A stretch of DNA of 55,170 nucleotides from Tubiluchus corallicola (lineage: Eukaryota > Animalia > Priapulida), in the NCBI GenBank assembly GCA_030141605.1, contig JAQGDQ010001211.1, forward strand, positions 1-55,170, read 5' to 3'. Positions 1 to 32,283 of the stretch are shown piece by piece (position 1 is the stretch's first letter; each line of letters starts with the position of its first letter). The notes under the pieces were generated by a model. It ran no database searches, was not told where the DNA came from, and saw only the letters and a list, made by a program, of their open reading frames with translations. The translations under genes were made by a program, and so were the position numbers.

Positions 1-340
1 AATAATTAAAATAGGAAGCGAATCAATTAATTCATTATATAAATCACTTGAATTCTATACGATCACAAGATATAATAATTAATAAGCGATAACTGGCACC
101 TGTGGCCAAGATTAAGATTTATATATGATAATATTGCAATATTTGCTAAGTCATGTAAAGCAGAAAACAAGGATCAGTTACGCATTCATTGGTAACTAAT
201 GAAAAGAGCCATTGGCTTAAAATATTGCCGAATTTGTTGCGTGACTGTATATTAAAGTTTTACTCGAATATCATGCATTAACTTACAGTAACGCAACAAA
301 TCCAGCAACAATATAAAGCAACTGCTGTCTTTTTTTAGAA

Positions 341-422
341 ATATCAATGAATGCTCATCAAATCCTTACTCCATAGCCCATGTTCTGATGGAAACAAGGA
401 ATGGATGAGCATTCATTGATAT
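341..422. repeat. Fold-back hairpin made of two opposed EGF-exon 5' halves (copy also 1497-1579, partial 6170-6237)
   Basis: atatcaatgaatgctcatcaaatcctt (341-367) vs aaggaatggatgagcattcattgatat (396-422): 25/27 complementary. Confidence 0.85.
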
Positions 423-652
423 CTATGCCACAGAATGATAGCTATTGCAATGACATACTTCAGGATTTCCTATGTTATCATATACCTTACATTACAAGAA
501 AAATAAAAATAAAAATAAAAAATGCTCAGCATTTTTATTTGATTAAATGTTAAATTTTGAAAATTCCAAAACTTGTTTTACAATTGTTAAACTACTACTA
601 TACTATGTATCATAATATGCACAAAAATACAAAGCATCGTGAAAGGTTTTAC

Positions 653-20606
<19,954 letters not shown>

Positions 20607-22053
20607 CTAAAGACCCATCATTCGAATTTTTATAATAATAATAATGGAAAAAGTAAGTCAGGAATAAATTTTTTAAAAGATTCTTTAATAAACATTCTTT
20701 AAAAGTGAAGAATTCGAAATGCAGAACAAAGCCAATTGTTTTGCATGACAACAAACAAAATTCTATTATTCCAACACGTTCTACATCTCAGGTTGCAGTC
20801 TGAAAACTGTGTAAAGATGCCAAGCTCTTGTGAGTTTGAAAAAGACAATGCAAAAATGCTTTGCCATCAGGAAATGGAACCTAAATGAGACAGTACTCTC
20901 AACGGGAATTTCGCTGTAATTACGAATGTTATAAAACAAACTGGGGGGCTTCCAAACAGAAAACAGATCTTGCAGAAGATCGTGTCTTATCAGTTTGTAT
21001 GGAATTCAGACGATGCAAAATTTGTCAGCATCAGTTCGTCTGAATTTTGCGTGTCTCCAGCTGTTGCTGTTTTATCAACTTTGTCAAACTCAGATTTTTA
21101 TTAAATTTGACAAAATGAGGTCAGACCAATAAAAAAGCAGTCATGTGGTTGAGTCTCATCAAATAAATGTTTTATTAAGATTGTCCACAGTTTTCTTCCC
21201 ACAGTAGTCCTTTTTTGGGGGAAAATTTTGTCAAAAACTATTTGTACAATTATCACACTGCGGCAACTTTGGCTAATAAAACTCACATTGGTATGGAAAG
21301 CTGGAAAAACTCAACAGCAAGAGCTTCAAGTTAATAAATATTTAAACTTTTTTTGTTAAATGCTGCCATTTAAAGCATCTGCTGTCACAGAGAAAATGTT
21401 ACTAGAATTTTAGATATAGTAAAATGTATCAGTAAAGTTATGTAGAGTAATGTACAGTAAAAGGTGATACAGTTTACTTGTTTATCTAACTTTATTCTTT
21501 TTGATTCAGCTCTATTGCCAATATTTTCATTTAAATGTATCTCTGCTGTCATTTTTATTGTAAGAAATTTCACACTCAAAATTTTAATAGTTTTGATCTG
21601 ATATTAATCTCATTCTTCTAAATAATGCAAGGTTTTCGTTTCATTACGGTCAAACATTTCCAAGCCGTTTTTACTTCTTTTCATGCTCTGATTTGTTTCA
21701 GTCCGCATGATAAAGCAGAAAATCAGTGAGCTATTTTCATATTACTCTGTTTATTTATTTCAACTTCCATTCCCGATCGTTTTGTGATTGTTATTTGATC
21801 GTTTTTCAATCTTCTTCTCTTTATATTTGATTATTCAAGTAATTTTATTTTTATTTTAGAGCATTAATATGTAATATTGCTAGAATTTTTGTGCTTAGAA
21901 CGTTAAGCTGATGTTTGCAATCAAAACATCACTTTTACTTATTTCAATATATAGTGGTTGGGACAATATGTCACAGCACAAAAAAACATATCACTTTTTT
22001 GTAATTTTGAAGCAGCAAGTTGTACTGCATTTTGACTTTTGACTTTATTTGAT

Positions 22054-25000
22054 AATACAAATAAGTTTTATTATTTCTGCAAAAGAAAAGCTTCACACAC
22101 TGCTCATCTATATACAAATGTAAATGTGTTGCGGGCATATATAATCTGAAAATTTGAAGTGAATCGTATAATAAAGAAAACATTTAGTGCTTTAAAATGG
22201 AATTATGTAATGAACGAAGCGGTGAGAGCACTCTATCTGTTTCTGTGTTTTACATTTATTTGACTATGTCCTTCGATGTTTGTAGTGGTCCTGGTGGGTT
22301 TATTCTCTGTGTCCCCTTCTCATGCATCTGATTTCCCATATTGTCCATTATCCTTTTGTCCCATAAGTTTCCCTTTTTGCAAATGGTGGAAAATGTATGA
22401 GCGTTATGGTGAGAGCACTGTATCTGTTTCTGTGTTTGGAATTGTTTACCTGTTGTGTTCTTATTTTGGTTCTCAAGTGTTAGGTAAAATCTTGTACATT
22501 TCTCTGCATTTTTTCCAGTACAACCTTGTTTATTTTGCGATTGCGATACTCGACTCTCTTCACATATCAGAGGCGGGCACAGTCTATAGGGTGCAAGGTC
22601 TATTTTTCTGTAACGCTGATCTCTTAGCTGTCTTTTCCCAGTTTAATGTCTTCTTTTGTCTTTATCCTGTATTCCATGCATTCGTTCTCTAGATTTATAA
22701 TTTCTAGCAATCCTTCCTTTTCACTGTTCATTAATTAATATATCTGAATTCAATTTTTTTCCATTCTCCATATCTGTCATATTTAAGCATATGTTCAGTA
22801 GTGTCATCATCTTCCCCACAAACTGGGCATAATAACTGATCTTTTATGTCGTTCTTATAGTTTTCTTTAACTTTGATCATATTCAGTGTCAGTTTCAATA
22901 TATCTTTAACCTCTTCTGGCTTGCATGTGTCTATGTAATTTTGTCGTTTCCACCCGGTATGCCTTAAAAATCTTAATTTAGTGGTGCTCCTGCATTTTTC
23001 TGCACATTCATTCTTTATACAACATTCAATCTTATTCTTTTTTTCTTTCTTCCATTCGGACTTTTTCATGACCTTCACCCTTTCTTTATTAGCATCTATG
23101 GTATATTTTTTGCAGCCTCAACTACTTCATTACGCCATGACCTTTCATGTGCACTGTTTATTTGCATTTTGAGTACCTCTGATGCTAATCTCTTTGGTTT
23201 ACTAATCAGTAAATTCCGATAGAACATCAATCTCCAATAATTCACTTTATGTTTTAGAGGCCATATGCCTATATAAGTTACTAATCCCCAGTATGGCGTT
23301 GATTCACTAAGATTAAATAAGGTTTTTAAAGCATTTGCTTGAATCATTTCTAATTTCTCCCAATCAGTTGTTCTCAAATTTGACTATGTCTCTGAACTAT
23401 TTTGCACTGCACTCACTGACAGAAGCTCGTACAGCATTAGTTTTACCCCTATTGAGCAATCTCCCACTTTCAGCTCACCTCCTATTGTATTGATGTAACT
23501 AATTATCATTTTATTTTTCCCTGTTCATTTTCCCAACATTGTTTCATAACTACATTTTATATTAATCCAATCTCCCAAATATTGGTATTCTTATGCTTCC
23601 TTAACCTCTCCGTTCCTTAGTGACTCACGTAATTCTGGAATTTTTTATCACTTTCTCCATTAGTTTACTGAAAATATCTGTTATGAACAGCCCTCATCTA
23701 TTTTTCATCTCTTTCTTGTCACCTTTTCCCTTATAAATTGACTTTATTTTCATTTGGGCCCATTGTTTCGGTATTTTCTTTTGCTTCATTATTTCATTCA
23801 GCATTGCTACTATACTATCGATAAATCCTTTCCCTGCTTGTTTGAACATTTCATTCTTCCATCCTTACATGTCTGGAGCATTTTTAATTTTTATTGATCG
23901 AACTGCTTCATTCACTTCACTGTTATTAATTACTTTTACTTCCTCCTCACTTGCCATTTGTTCAACATGTTAGAAAATTTGTTCAACCCTTGATTCTATC
24001 ATTTGCTCATATTCATCCTCTGTCGGAGTTGGAGTTAACAATTCTTCATAATATTTTTTAAAAATCATCTTAATTTTTCTTGGGTCCTCTTGGATCTCAC
24101 CTTGGTAATCTCTCATTGCTATAGCTTCTATTTTAGGTTTATTGATGCACTTTTTGAATTCCCAAAACAACTGCTGGTTAAGTTTTCCATTTAGTGTAAT
24201 TGTCTTAACAGTTTTATTTATTCTATTTATTTGTTCCTTCCTTTGCACATTGCTCATCATGTTTTCTGTTAGTTCAATTTTTATTTTAATCTTTCTTTTC
24301 ATTTCAGAGTCTTCTTCATCGTTCATTTCATGTTTTAACTTACGTCTTTCTTTATTTAACTTCCTTGACATTTTACTTCCATATTTTTGTTTCATTTTAC
24401 TGAAAGGCACCTGTCTCTTACTGCTGGAACTTGATTAATCCAACCATCATATTTGCTCTGAATTGATCTATTACTGCTCCATACTTTGCTAAATATTTGA
24501 TCATCAGTTTCATTTTTGTATCTGTTCATTTTATTTTTATTAGACACTACTAATTTTTTTATCTCATCACTTTTATGTTTTTTCATTTTGCTAATCTCAA
24601 CCCAATCAAATTCACTATATAATGTATTGTGGTCTGTGTATATAATTTTTTTCTCGCCACTACTAGTCACTCTGTACACTCCATACAGTTTTTGTTCATC
24701 AACAAGTGTAAACCTATGTGCATTTACATCATTTGCACTTATTATAATATAATCAATAACAGATTTTTTCCCAGTTTTTTCTCTTGTCCAAATTCCTGAG
24801 CATTCTTCAGTTGCATTTAATATTACTAGATTTTCTTTTTTAACCAGATTTAGTAACATTTTCCTGCCCAAGTTATTTCATCATTATTACCTTTGATAAT
24901 ATTTCCTACTTTTGCATTGAAGTCACCTATAAGCAAGCACTTCTGGTTTTCATTTTTGCTTTTTGTACTTGCTTTCGTATTTGTTCATACATTTTCTTCA

Positions 25001-25903
25001 TTTCTTCTTTATCTGTCCTACTTTCCTGAGGTGCATACAATAATCCTACTCTCAATTTTACTTTTGAATTATCCATTACAACCCATAATTGTTCTCCTAC
25101 TTTATTATACTGGTCAACCTTTATTGTTACATTTTTAAGTCATTATCAATTGCCAATAATATCCCCCTCCATACTTATTTCTATTCAGTTGCAACACTTT
25201 ATAACCCACAATTTTCACTAATTCTTCTTCCCCCAAATGGGTTTCAACAATTCCTATTACACTAGGCTTTTTACACTTATCACTCCATACGATGACTCTA
25301 ACTTATTATTTAGTCCTTGGCAATTTGTATACACTACATTAAAATTTTAAAATCTCTTTTTCTTTTCTGAGATCTTTTCGCTTTTAATTTTTTTCGTAAT
25401 TCCACTTTTATTGCATTGATTTCCTCATTAAAAAACTAATCTGCCAAACCAGACTTTCATTTTGTGTCTTTTGTTCATTTTTATTAGCTTCTAGGTTGTC
25501 TGCTGTCCTTCTCGTTCTTGTATTCTTAGGTACCTCCTTTCATCATCGTTAAAAAAATGTCTGTATCTGCACCTACTACCATATTTGCATTCACCATCAT
25601 ACTTACAATTCCAACACAGATTTGTCTTTTCCTTATCTTCCTCAGGTTTCATTTTGATAAGTTTAGTTCTAGTCTTTTGTTAAACTATAGTTTCAGTTTG
25701 TGCCTTTCTATTATTAATGTATTTTTTATTCTTCTTTTTGGCTTGATTTATAGTTTAATAATGGTTTCACTAGTCACTCAATAAACAAGTTGAAACATAC
25801 TCATCTTTAGCATGTTCAGTTTAGATAATTTTGCTATCCCGTTTACTAAATTGCATAATCTCTGTTTGATTGGTCATCAGTCTTTGGATTTTGGGGCCCT
25901 ATT
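22054..25903. repeat. Old dispersed repeat (probable ancient LINE fragment) split by LINE insertion: 22054-22537 + 25651-25903
   Basis: Colinear with the uninterrupted copy at 31022-31807. Confidence 0.75.
22538..25650 (-). mobile_element. Decayed APE-RT non-LTR retrotransposon with C-terminal CCHC-type motif; TSD ATTTTG
   Basis: GDFNAKVG, WTR..SVIDYII, TDHN (APE); YKGKG, KYLG (RT, core partly deleted); CPVCGEDDDTTEH; many stops and frameshifts; TSD 22532-22537/25651-25656. Confidence 0.85.
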
Positions 25904-26807
25904 ATAAATTAGGGCTTGAGTCCATAAGCTTAATTAGCCCAATGGTTAATTTGTCGCTGCCTCCATGATGCTTATTAGCGCAATTTGCTTGAGGATCAGT
26001 AGAGACAAAGTTTCTAGATTGTTTTCTTAAAGTTGAAACCTGTTGCATAGTTACACAGTAAAATCTGCATCACTCAAATTTAAACGGACTGAAAAAACCT
26101 TTTGAGTTTGGCGATGTCGACCATTTTCCAACACAGAAACTCTAAACCTCTCCTCCCGATGGCAAGCTAAATAGAAGACAGAAAGTCGACCCTTCTAAAC
26201 ATAAAGGAGGAGATTTGATGACAATTACATAAAAAATAACAAATTATGTAGTGAAACACGATTTTTTATGTTGCAAGATGACACATACACAACACGCAAA
26301 GATCTATCCCGGAGAAAATAATTGGGGGACACGACTTGTAAGACATCAAAATTTTCCAGGAAGACGATGCTGTTTTTGAGTTGTACAAAACTTTTTCCTT
26401 TTTCTAGAGTATAAATTGCGTTTTTTAGTTAGGAGAAGTAAGTTTACCTGTTTTTTAAATAAATGACCATAATTTTTTATTTGATTTAGTTGATGTTTTT
26501 TGCAGGAAAAACGAAGGATTTCATCCTTTCTGCTGAAATTCTTTGAGTTAGGTGAAAATTTGAGTTGTTTGATCATGAGTTATGCGGAGTTTACTGTAAT
26601 AATAATGCGTGCAATATGGATACTGCATTATTAACTGTAAATTTTATTTTTGGTTTCTTTTCAATATAGTTGTCGCCTCCTGCATGTGAACTGAAGTCTC
26701 GCAACCGTGATCTACAATCTTAGGAAACCGAGTGTCGGCAGTTGTGGATGAACGTACCTAAAGCTTGCAGCTGTGGTCAGTACAAGAAATATTTTTGCTA
26801 TTGAAGC

Positions 26808-27935
26808 ATGCTTTGTAAGAAATCTGAACATTACACAAGAATGAAACCCCACAAATGTGATTTATGTGGCAAATCATTTTCTCAGCGAGGTGATCTTCTC
26901 AGGCACATGAACACTCACACTGGAATGAAGCCCCACAAATGTGACTTATGTGGCAAATCATTTTCTGAGCGAGGTAGTTTTCTCAGGCACATGAACATTC
27001 ATACTGGATTGAAACCCCACAGATGTGACTTATGTGACAAATCATTTTCTCAGCGAGGTAGCCTTCTCACGCACATGAACACTCACACTGGATTGAAACC
27101 CCACAAATGTGACTTATGTGACAAATTATTTTCTCTGCGAGATCATCTTCTCAGGCACATGAACACTCATACTGGAATGAAACCCCATAGATGTGACTTA
27201 TGTGACAAATCATTTTCTGAGCGAGGTAATCTTCACAGGCACATGAACACTCACACTGGAATGAAACCCTACAAATGTGACTTATGTGACAAATCATTTT
27301 CTGAGCGAGGTAGTTTTCTCAGGCACATGAACATTCATACTGGGATGAAACCCCACAAATGTGAGTTATGTGAAAAATCATTTTCTGTGCGAGGTAGTCT
27401 TCGCAGGCACATGAACACTCATACTGGATTAAAACCCCACAGATGTGACTTGTGTGAGAAATCATTTTCTCAGCGAGGTAGTCTTCTCAAGCACATGAAC
27501 ACTCATACTGGATTAAAACCCCACAAATGTGACTTATGTGACAAATCATTTTCTCAGCGAGGTGATCTTCTCACGCACATGAACACTCATACTGGAATGA
27601 AACCCCACAGATGTGATTTATGTGACAAATCATTTTCTGTGCGAGGTAGTCTTCTCAGGCACATGAACACTCATACTGGATTAAAACCCCACAGATGTGA
27701 CTTGTGTGAGAAATCATTTTCTGAGCGAGGTAGTCTTCGCAAGCACATGAACACTCACACTGGAATGAAACCCCACAAATGTGATTTATGTGACAAATCA
27801 TTTGCTCAGCGATGTAATCTTCTCAAGCACATAAACACTCATACTGGAATGAAACCCCACAGATGTGATTTATGTGACAAATCATTTTCTGTCCATAGTA
27901 ATCTTCTCAGGCACATGAACACTCATACGGCATAG
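26808..27935 (+). CDS. Zinc-finger-only protein, 13 tandem C2H2 fingers (84-bp repeat array)
   Basis: 13x CDLCxKSFSxRGxLxxHMNTHTGxKP; candidate 5' UTR splice sites at 26437 (GT), 26506-26550 and 26670 (AG). Confidence 0.85.
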   Translation: MLCKKSEHYTRMKPHKCDLCGKSFSQRGDLLRHMNTHTGMKPHKCDLCGKSFSERGSFLRHMNIHTGLKPHRCDLCDKSFSQRGSLLTHMNTHTGLKPHKCDLCDKLFSLRDHLLRHMNTHTGMKPHRCDLCDKSFSERGNLHRHMNTHTGMKPYKCDLCDKSFSERGSFLRHMNIHTGMKPHKCELCEKSFSVRGSLRRHMNTHTGLKPHRCDLCEKSFSQRGSLLKHMNTHTGLKPHKCDLCDKSFSQRGDLLTHMNTHTGMKPHRCDLCDKSFSVRGSLLRHMNTHTGLKPHRCDLCEKSFSERGSLRKHMNTHTGMKPHKCDLCDKSFAQRCNLLKHINTHTGMKPHRCDLCDKSFSVHSNLLRHMNTHTA

Positions 27936-28125
27936 ACATGAGTCAACATAGACATTACAATGAGTCAACATGGACATTACAATGAGTCAACATGGACATT
28001 ACAATGAGTCAACATAGGCATTACAATAAGTCAACATAGACATTATAAAGAATCAACATAGACATTACAATGAGTCAACATAGACATTACAATGAGTCAA
28101 CATAAACAATACAGTGAATCAACAT
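27931..28125 (+). repeat. 22-bp minisatellite ATGAGTCAACATAGACATTACA, ~9 units
   Basis: Direct reading; six perfect TGAGTCA. Confidence 0.9.
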
Positions 28126-28539
28126 GTTACAGGTGCCACCGTGTAATCATGATAGTCGTCTGTTGTAAAAAAGACAGACTGTTGACTTTAATGTTCTGTT
28201 TAAATACTTGTGGCATCAACCATTAAAACACACTAGCTGTTGGTCAGTCACTTAGTCATGAATTACTTAAATCTATAAGCGAATAAACAAAAGGCGATAC
28301 AAAGAAAAAAATAAACAACTACCAATTAGCAAACGAACTGGCTAATGGAGTGACTTATGGCAGATTGCTTGATTAACCAACTGGTTGGCTCGTCGACTTA
28401 CCCACTGACTGACAAACGAATGAACAACCAACCAACATTGCAGCTTAGGTTCAATTTATGAAGCTAGAGTTGGGAAAATAGGAGTATTCGTTTTGACTTG
28501 AAAAATGTGCATCTGCTAAAGCAGTAGTGTTTGTCAAAC

Positions 28540-28997
28540 AGGTATAAGGTACTTGCTTATAAGGGACCAGAAACACAGGTCCCGATTTTTCGTAACGTTT
28601 TTCTTATGTAAAAATCTTCGTATATAAGGTACTCGCTTATAAGGGACTTTCAGTTATAAGGAACGATATCTTCAGGTTACGCATATTAGACACCCAGGTA
28701 AATTACCTCGCATATAAGGGACCCTATAATCAAAGCGAAATTGATGGATTTTTAACCTCAATTTTTCGCAAACCCCGTCTTCGAACAGCTCGGTTTCCGC
28801 AGTCACATACATCTCACATCACTGAAGGAGCTTCCTACATACCGTTTGTACTGAATGTGTAGGAAATGTGGGTAAAAGTACAGAAAAGTACATGTCTAGA
28901 TGCACACTCGGTCTGACTTCACTTCGGCTATAAAGGACATCTGATATAAAGGACGATTTTTTCTGGAGGTGTCCCTTACACCCAAGGTTAAGTGTAT
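28540..28997. mobile_element. Possible pogo/Tigger-like MITE remnant
   Basis: Repeated CTCGCTTATAAGGGAC-type subterminal motifs; degenerate right end cccttacacccaaggttaagtgta. Confidence 0.4.
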
Positions 28998-30100
28998 GTA
29001 TTCATAGGACACACTTTGGTGCAAAATTGATGCAAAACTGTCTGTTATTTTGTTGACCTGTATATTGTAAACTAAATTAAAGCTTCTATTATAAATACTG
29101 TCCTACAGAAAATTGTCTATACACTGTATTAGTGAACGATTTTAAAAAGTGCTGTAATAACTTTTTAGTATAATATGTAATTTTAGATGTAGTGTTATTA
29201 TATAATGTAATTTGTGAGTTTCGATATAAAACAATTTTAAAAGTAAAATATAATTTAATATGTATTATTTAGTTTAATATATGTGATATAGTGTAGTGTA
29301 TTTTTATACCATTTAGTGTGCGCGCGTGTGTGTGTGCGCATGTTAGTGTGATGTACATGTAATGCGTAATATAACGTATACTCTATAATCACAGATAATA
29401 AGATCAAAAAAATTATATTTGGATAGAATAATGACAACTGAAAAGGGAAGGAAAATAAAAGTTTTAACTTCATCCTTTCCTTTTCTTGAAAACTTTTATT
29501 ATAGTTTGATGTATTTTTATACTTATGTGTGCAAATTTTGTGTAACATGAAATTGTTTTTTAACTTGTTCAATAAATAGATAATATTTGACATAAAATGT
29601 GACGTCATAAAAGTGTTATATATCAGTGCTGTGTATAATACATTTTGTTGTTTCTGTAACGCATTGTCGGAATCAACTATGGGAACAATGGCGGCTTGCT
29701 AAACTTAGTGGGGAGCTTCAGAAAATTTTTAGTTGTTCTAATACTGGGTAAAACAAAACAAACGTATGTAAATTTGATGTTCTTATTTGTATTTTAAACA
29801 AACAAACATGAAAGTTTATACATAAACTTGATAAAATGCTAAACAAAAAATTTTTGCTTACGAATATCCTGAATTGTTGCAGTTCAAGAGTATGTCGGTA
29901 CACGACTTTTAAGCATGTGAAAACTGACGACAAACTGTGTGAGCGACAGTGCTTTCTCTACCTGGATTCGGACATGTTTGCATGACCGCATGCACACAAC
30001 AGCCAAACACCACCGTGCTGGACTGTGAAGCAAACAGTACTACCCTCACGTGCTCTGAATCCGTACAAGTATAAAGAAACAATTAAAGAAAGAGACTTTC

Positions 30101-30182
30101 AACATGTATTTGTACACGACTGTCAACACATATTTGTACACGACTGTCAACACGTATTTGTACACGACTGTCAACACGTATT
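30101..30182. repeat. 24-bp tandem repeat x3
   Basis: gtatttgtacacgactgtcaacac. Confidence 0.9.
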
Positions 30183-31021
30183 TCCGTGGCTTTGCTTTTG
30201 ACTGTTGCAAACAAAATGCATACTAACTCGATCTGCACACCTAAGATGAACCCGGTAATCAGGGCTGGATTATGATCTTTAGGTTCCCTAGGCTAATGAA
30301 ATTATGGACCCTCTCAGATGGAGCTGCCCTCTAACTTGCTCGGCTTAGATATTTTTTGCTCGTGTTACATTTTAGTGACGTTTACAAAGCTTGAAGTTCT
30401 TTAAATAATCTAGAATAGATATCTTTTGTTCTAAAAAAAGTAACTTTATAATTGTGATGTATATAGTGCTTCACAATTTACAATTGTCTGGTGTCCTACT
30501 TGGGCAGTCCATGTATGATGCATCCTATTTGAGCTAGCCCATGTACACCTGCTGCTGTACTTCTGTTAGTGCCCTACTCCATGCCCAACAGTTATATAAC
30601 AGAAGCACCTAAGATGATGATGATGTTCAGACGTAGAGATTCCCCTCTGAAAGTGAACTAACAAGTTTGAACGACTTGGCAAGTTCTTCAAGTGGTGTGT
30701 GCCGGTCATCGTGTTTGTACTAGAATTGTGGAGCATCGCAAAAGCCAGCTTGGCTCTCACCATACTGCATGCAGAGGTGATTGGATTGGCTTCAACTTTG
30801 CATTTAGCATTTCAATTATAGCGTTATAATTATAGTGCAAGTAATGTTCAAGATCTCAAGGTAGTGGCGGTCTTATACATTATTTTGAAGGACGGCTTAA
30901 TTCTTAACACGCAACTATCATTGGTGGTACATTATCTCACTCTCATAAGTCATTTATTTCACATGACACATTTACAATAGTTTGATGTACAATATATAGT
31001 GAAAGGGCCTACAATGAACAC

Positions 31022-31807
31022 AATACAAATAAGTTTTTATTGTTTCTGCACAAGAAAAGCCTCACACACTGTTCACTTATATACAAATGTAAATGTGTTG
31101 TGGGCAATCAAAAAGCAGGGCTTGTTAGATCGTCCCACACAGTGAAAGAAAAAAAAGTAATGAAAATAATCTGAAAATTGGAAGTGATAAAGAAAACATT
31201 TACTGCTTTAGAATGGAATGATGTAATGAATAAAGCGGTGAGAGTGCAATAGTGAGAGCACTCTGTCTGTTTCTGTGTTTTAAATGTGTTTGACTATGCC
31301 TTAGATGTTTGTAGTGGTCCTGGTGGGTTCAATCTCTGTGTCTCACGCTTTTGATTTCCCATATTGTAGCTCCTCTTTTTGTAAATGGTGCAAAATGTGC
31401 GAGTTGTGTTTTATTCTCATATCGCCTACTGCTGCGGTGTTTCATTATGTAAACTTTGATTAATTGTTTACCTGTTGTGTTCTTTTTTAGTTCTCAAGTG
31501 TTAGGTAAAATTTTTGTACATTTCTCTACGATTTTTTTCCAGTAGAACCTTGTTTATTTTGATAAGTTCACTTCGTATCTTTTGTAAAAATGTAGTTTCA
31601 GTTTGCGCCTTTCTATTATTAATGTATTTTTCATTCTTCTTTTTGGCTTGATTTATAGTTTAATAATGGTTTCATTAGTCGCTCAATAAATAGTTGAAAC
31701 ATACTCATCTTTAGCATGTTCAGTTTAGATAATTTTGCTATCCTGTTTACTAAATTGCGTAATCTCTGTTTGATTTTATCATCAGTCTTAGGACTTTGGG
31801 GCCTTAT
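31022..31807. repeat. Uninterrupted copy of the old dispersed repeat (empty site for the LINE)
   Basis: Single ATTTTG at 31556-31561 joins both halves. Confidence 0.8.
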
Positions 31808-32217
31808 TGTGAGAGACTACTACTTCATGATGCCCAAAGTCAAAAAAATTCATGTTTGAGTAGCTTTATTACGTTTTATCTGTAAAAAAATTATAAGAAA
31901 ATATAACAAACTAATTTGAGCCAAAAAAGAAACAAGGAAATTAATAATAAAGTCAGACTAATAACAATCAAAGTAAACTTACATCATGGCTCTACTACTC
32001 TTGACAAATAAATGGTTTAACTGAGACAGAACAACAACAACTTTCTTAGCCAAGAACAGACTGCCAACTAACCAGGTAAACTAGCTCTGTCAGTAGAGCA
32101 TGACAGAAAGAAGCCAAGTCAAGACTTACATATATGAATGCAGTTAAAAAGGACAGTATAGGGGGGGGGGGTTTACAGAATGAAAGAACACTGAAGTACA
32201 ACCTAAAATCCTTCACA
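31808..32217 (-). mobile_element. 3' LTR of BEL/Pao element
   Basis: TGTGA...TCACA termini, immediately downstream of polypurine tract AAGGGGGCGG (32218-32227). Confidence 0.75.
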
Positions 32218-32283
32218 CCGCCCCCTTAAATGCGACTTTAATTACAGGAGCATTTACCAAAAAAATTAAGTTTACAACAGAAA

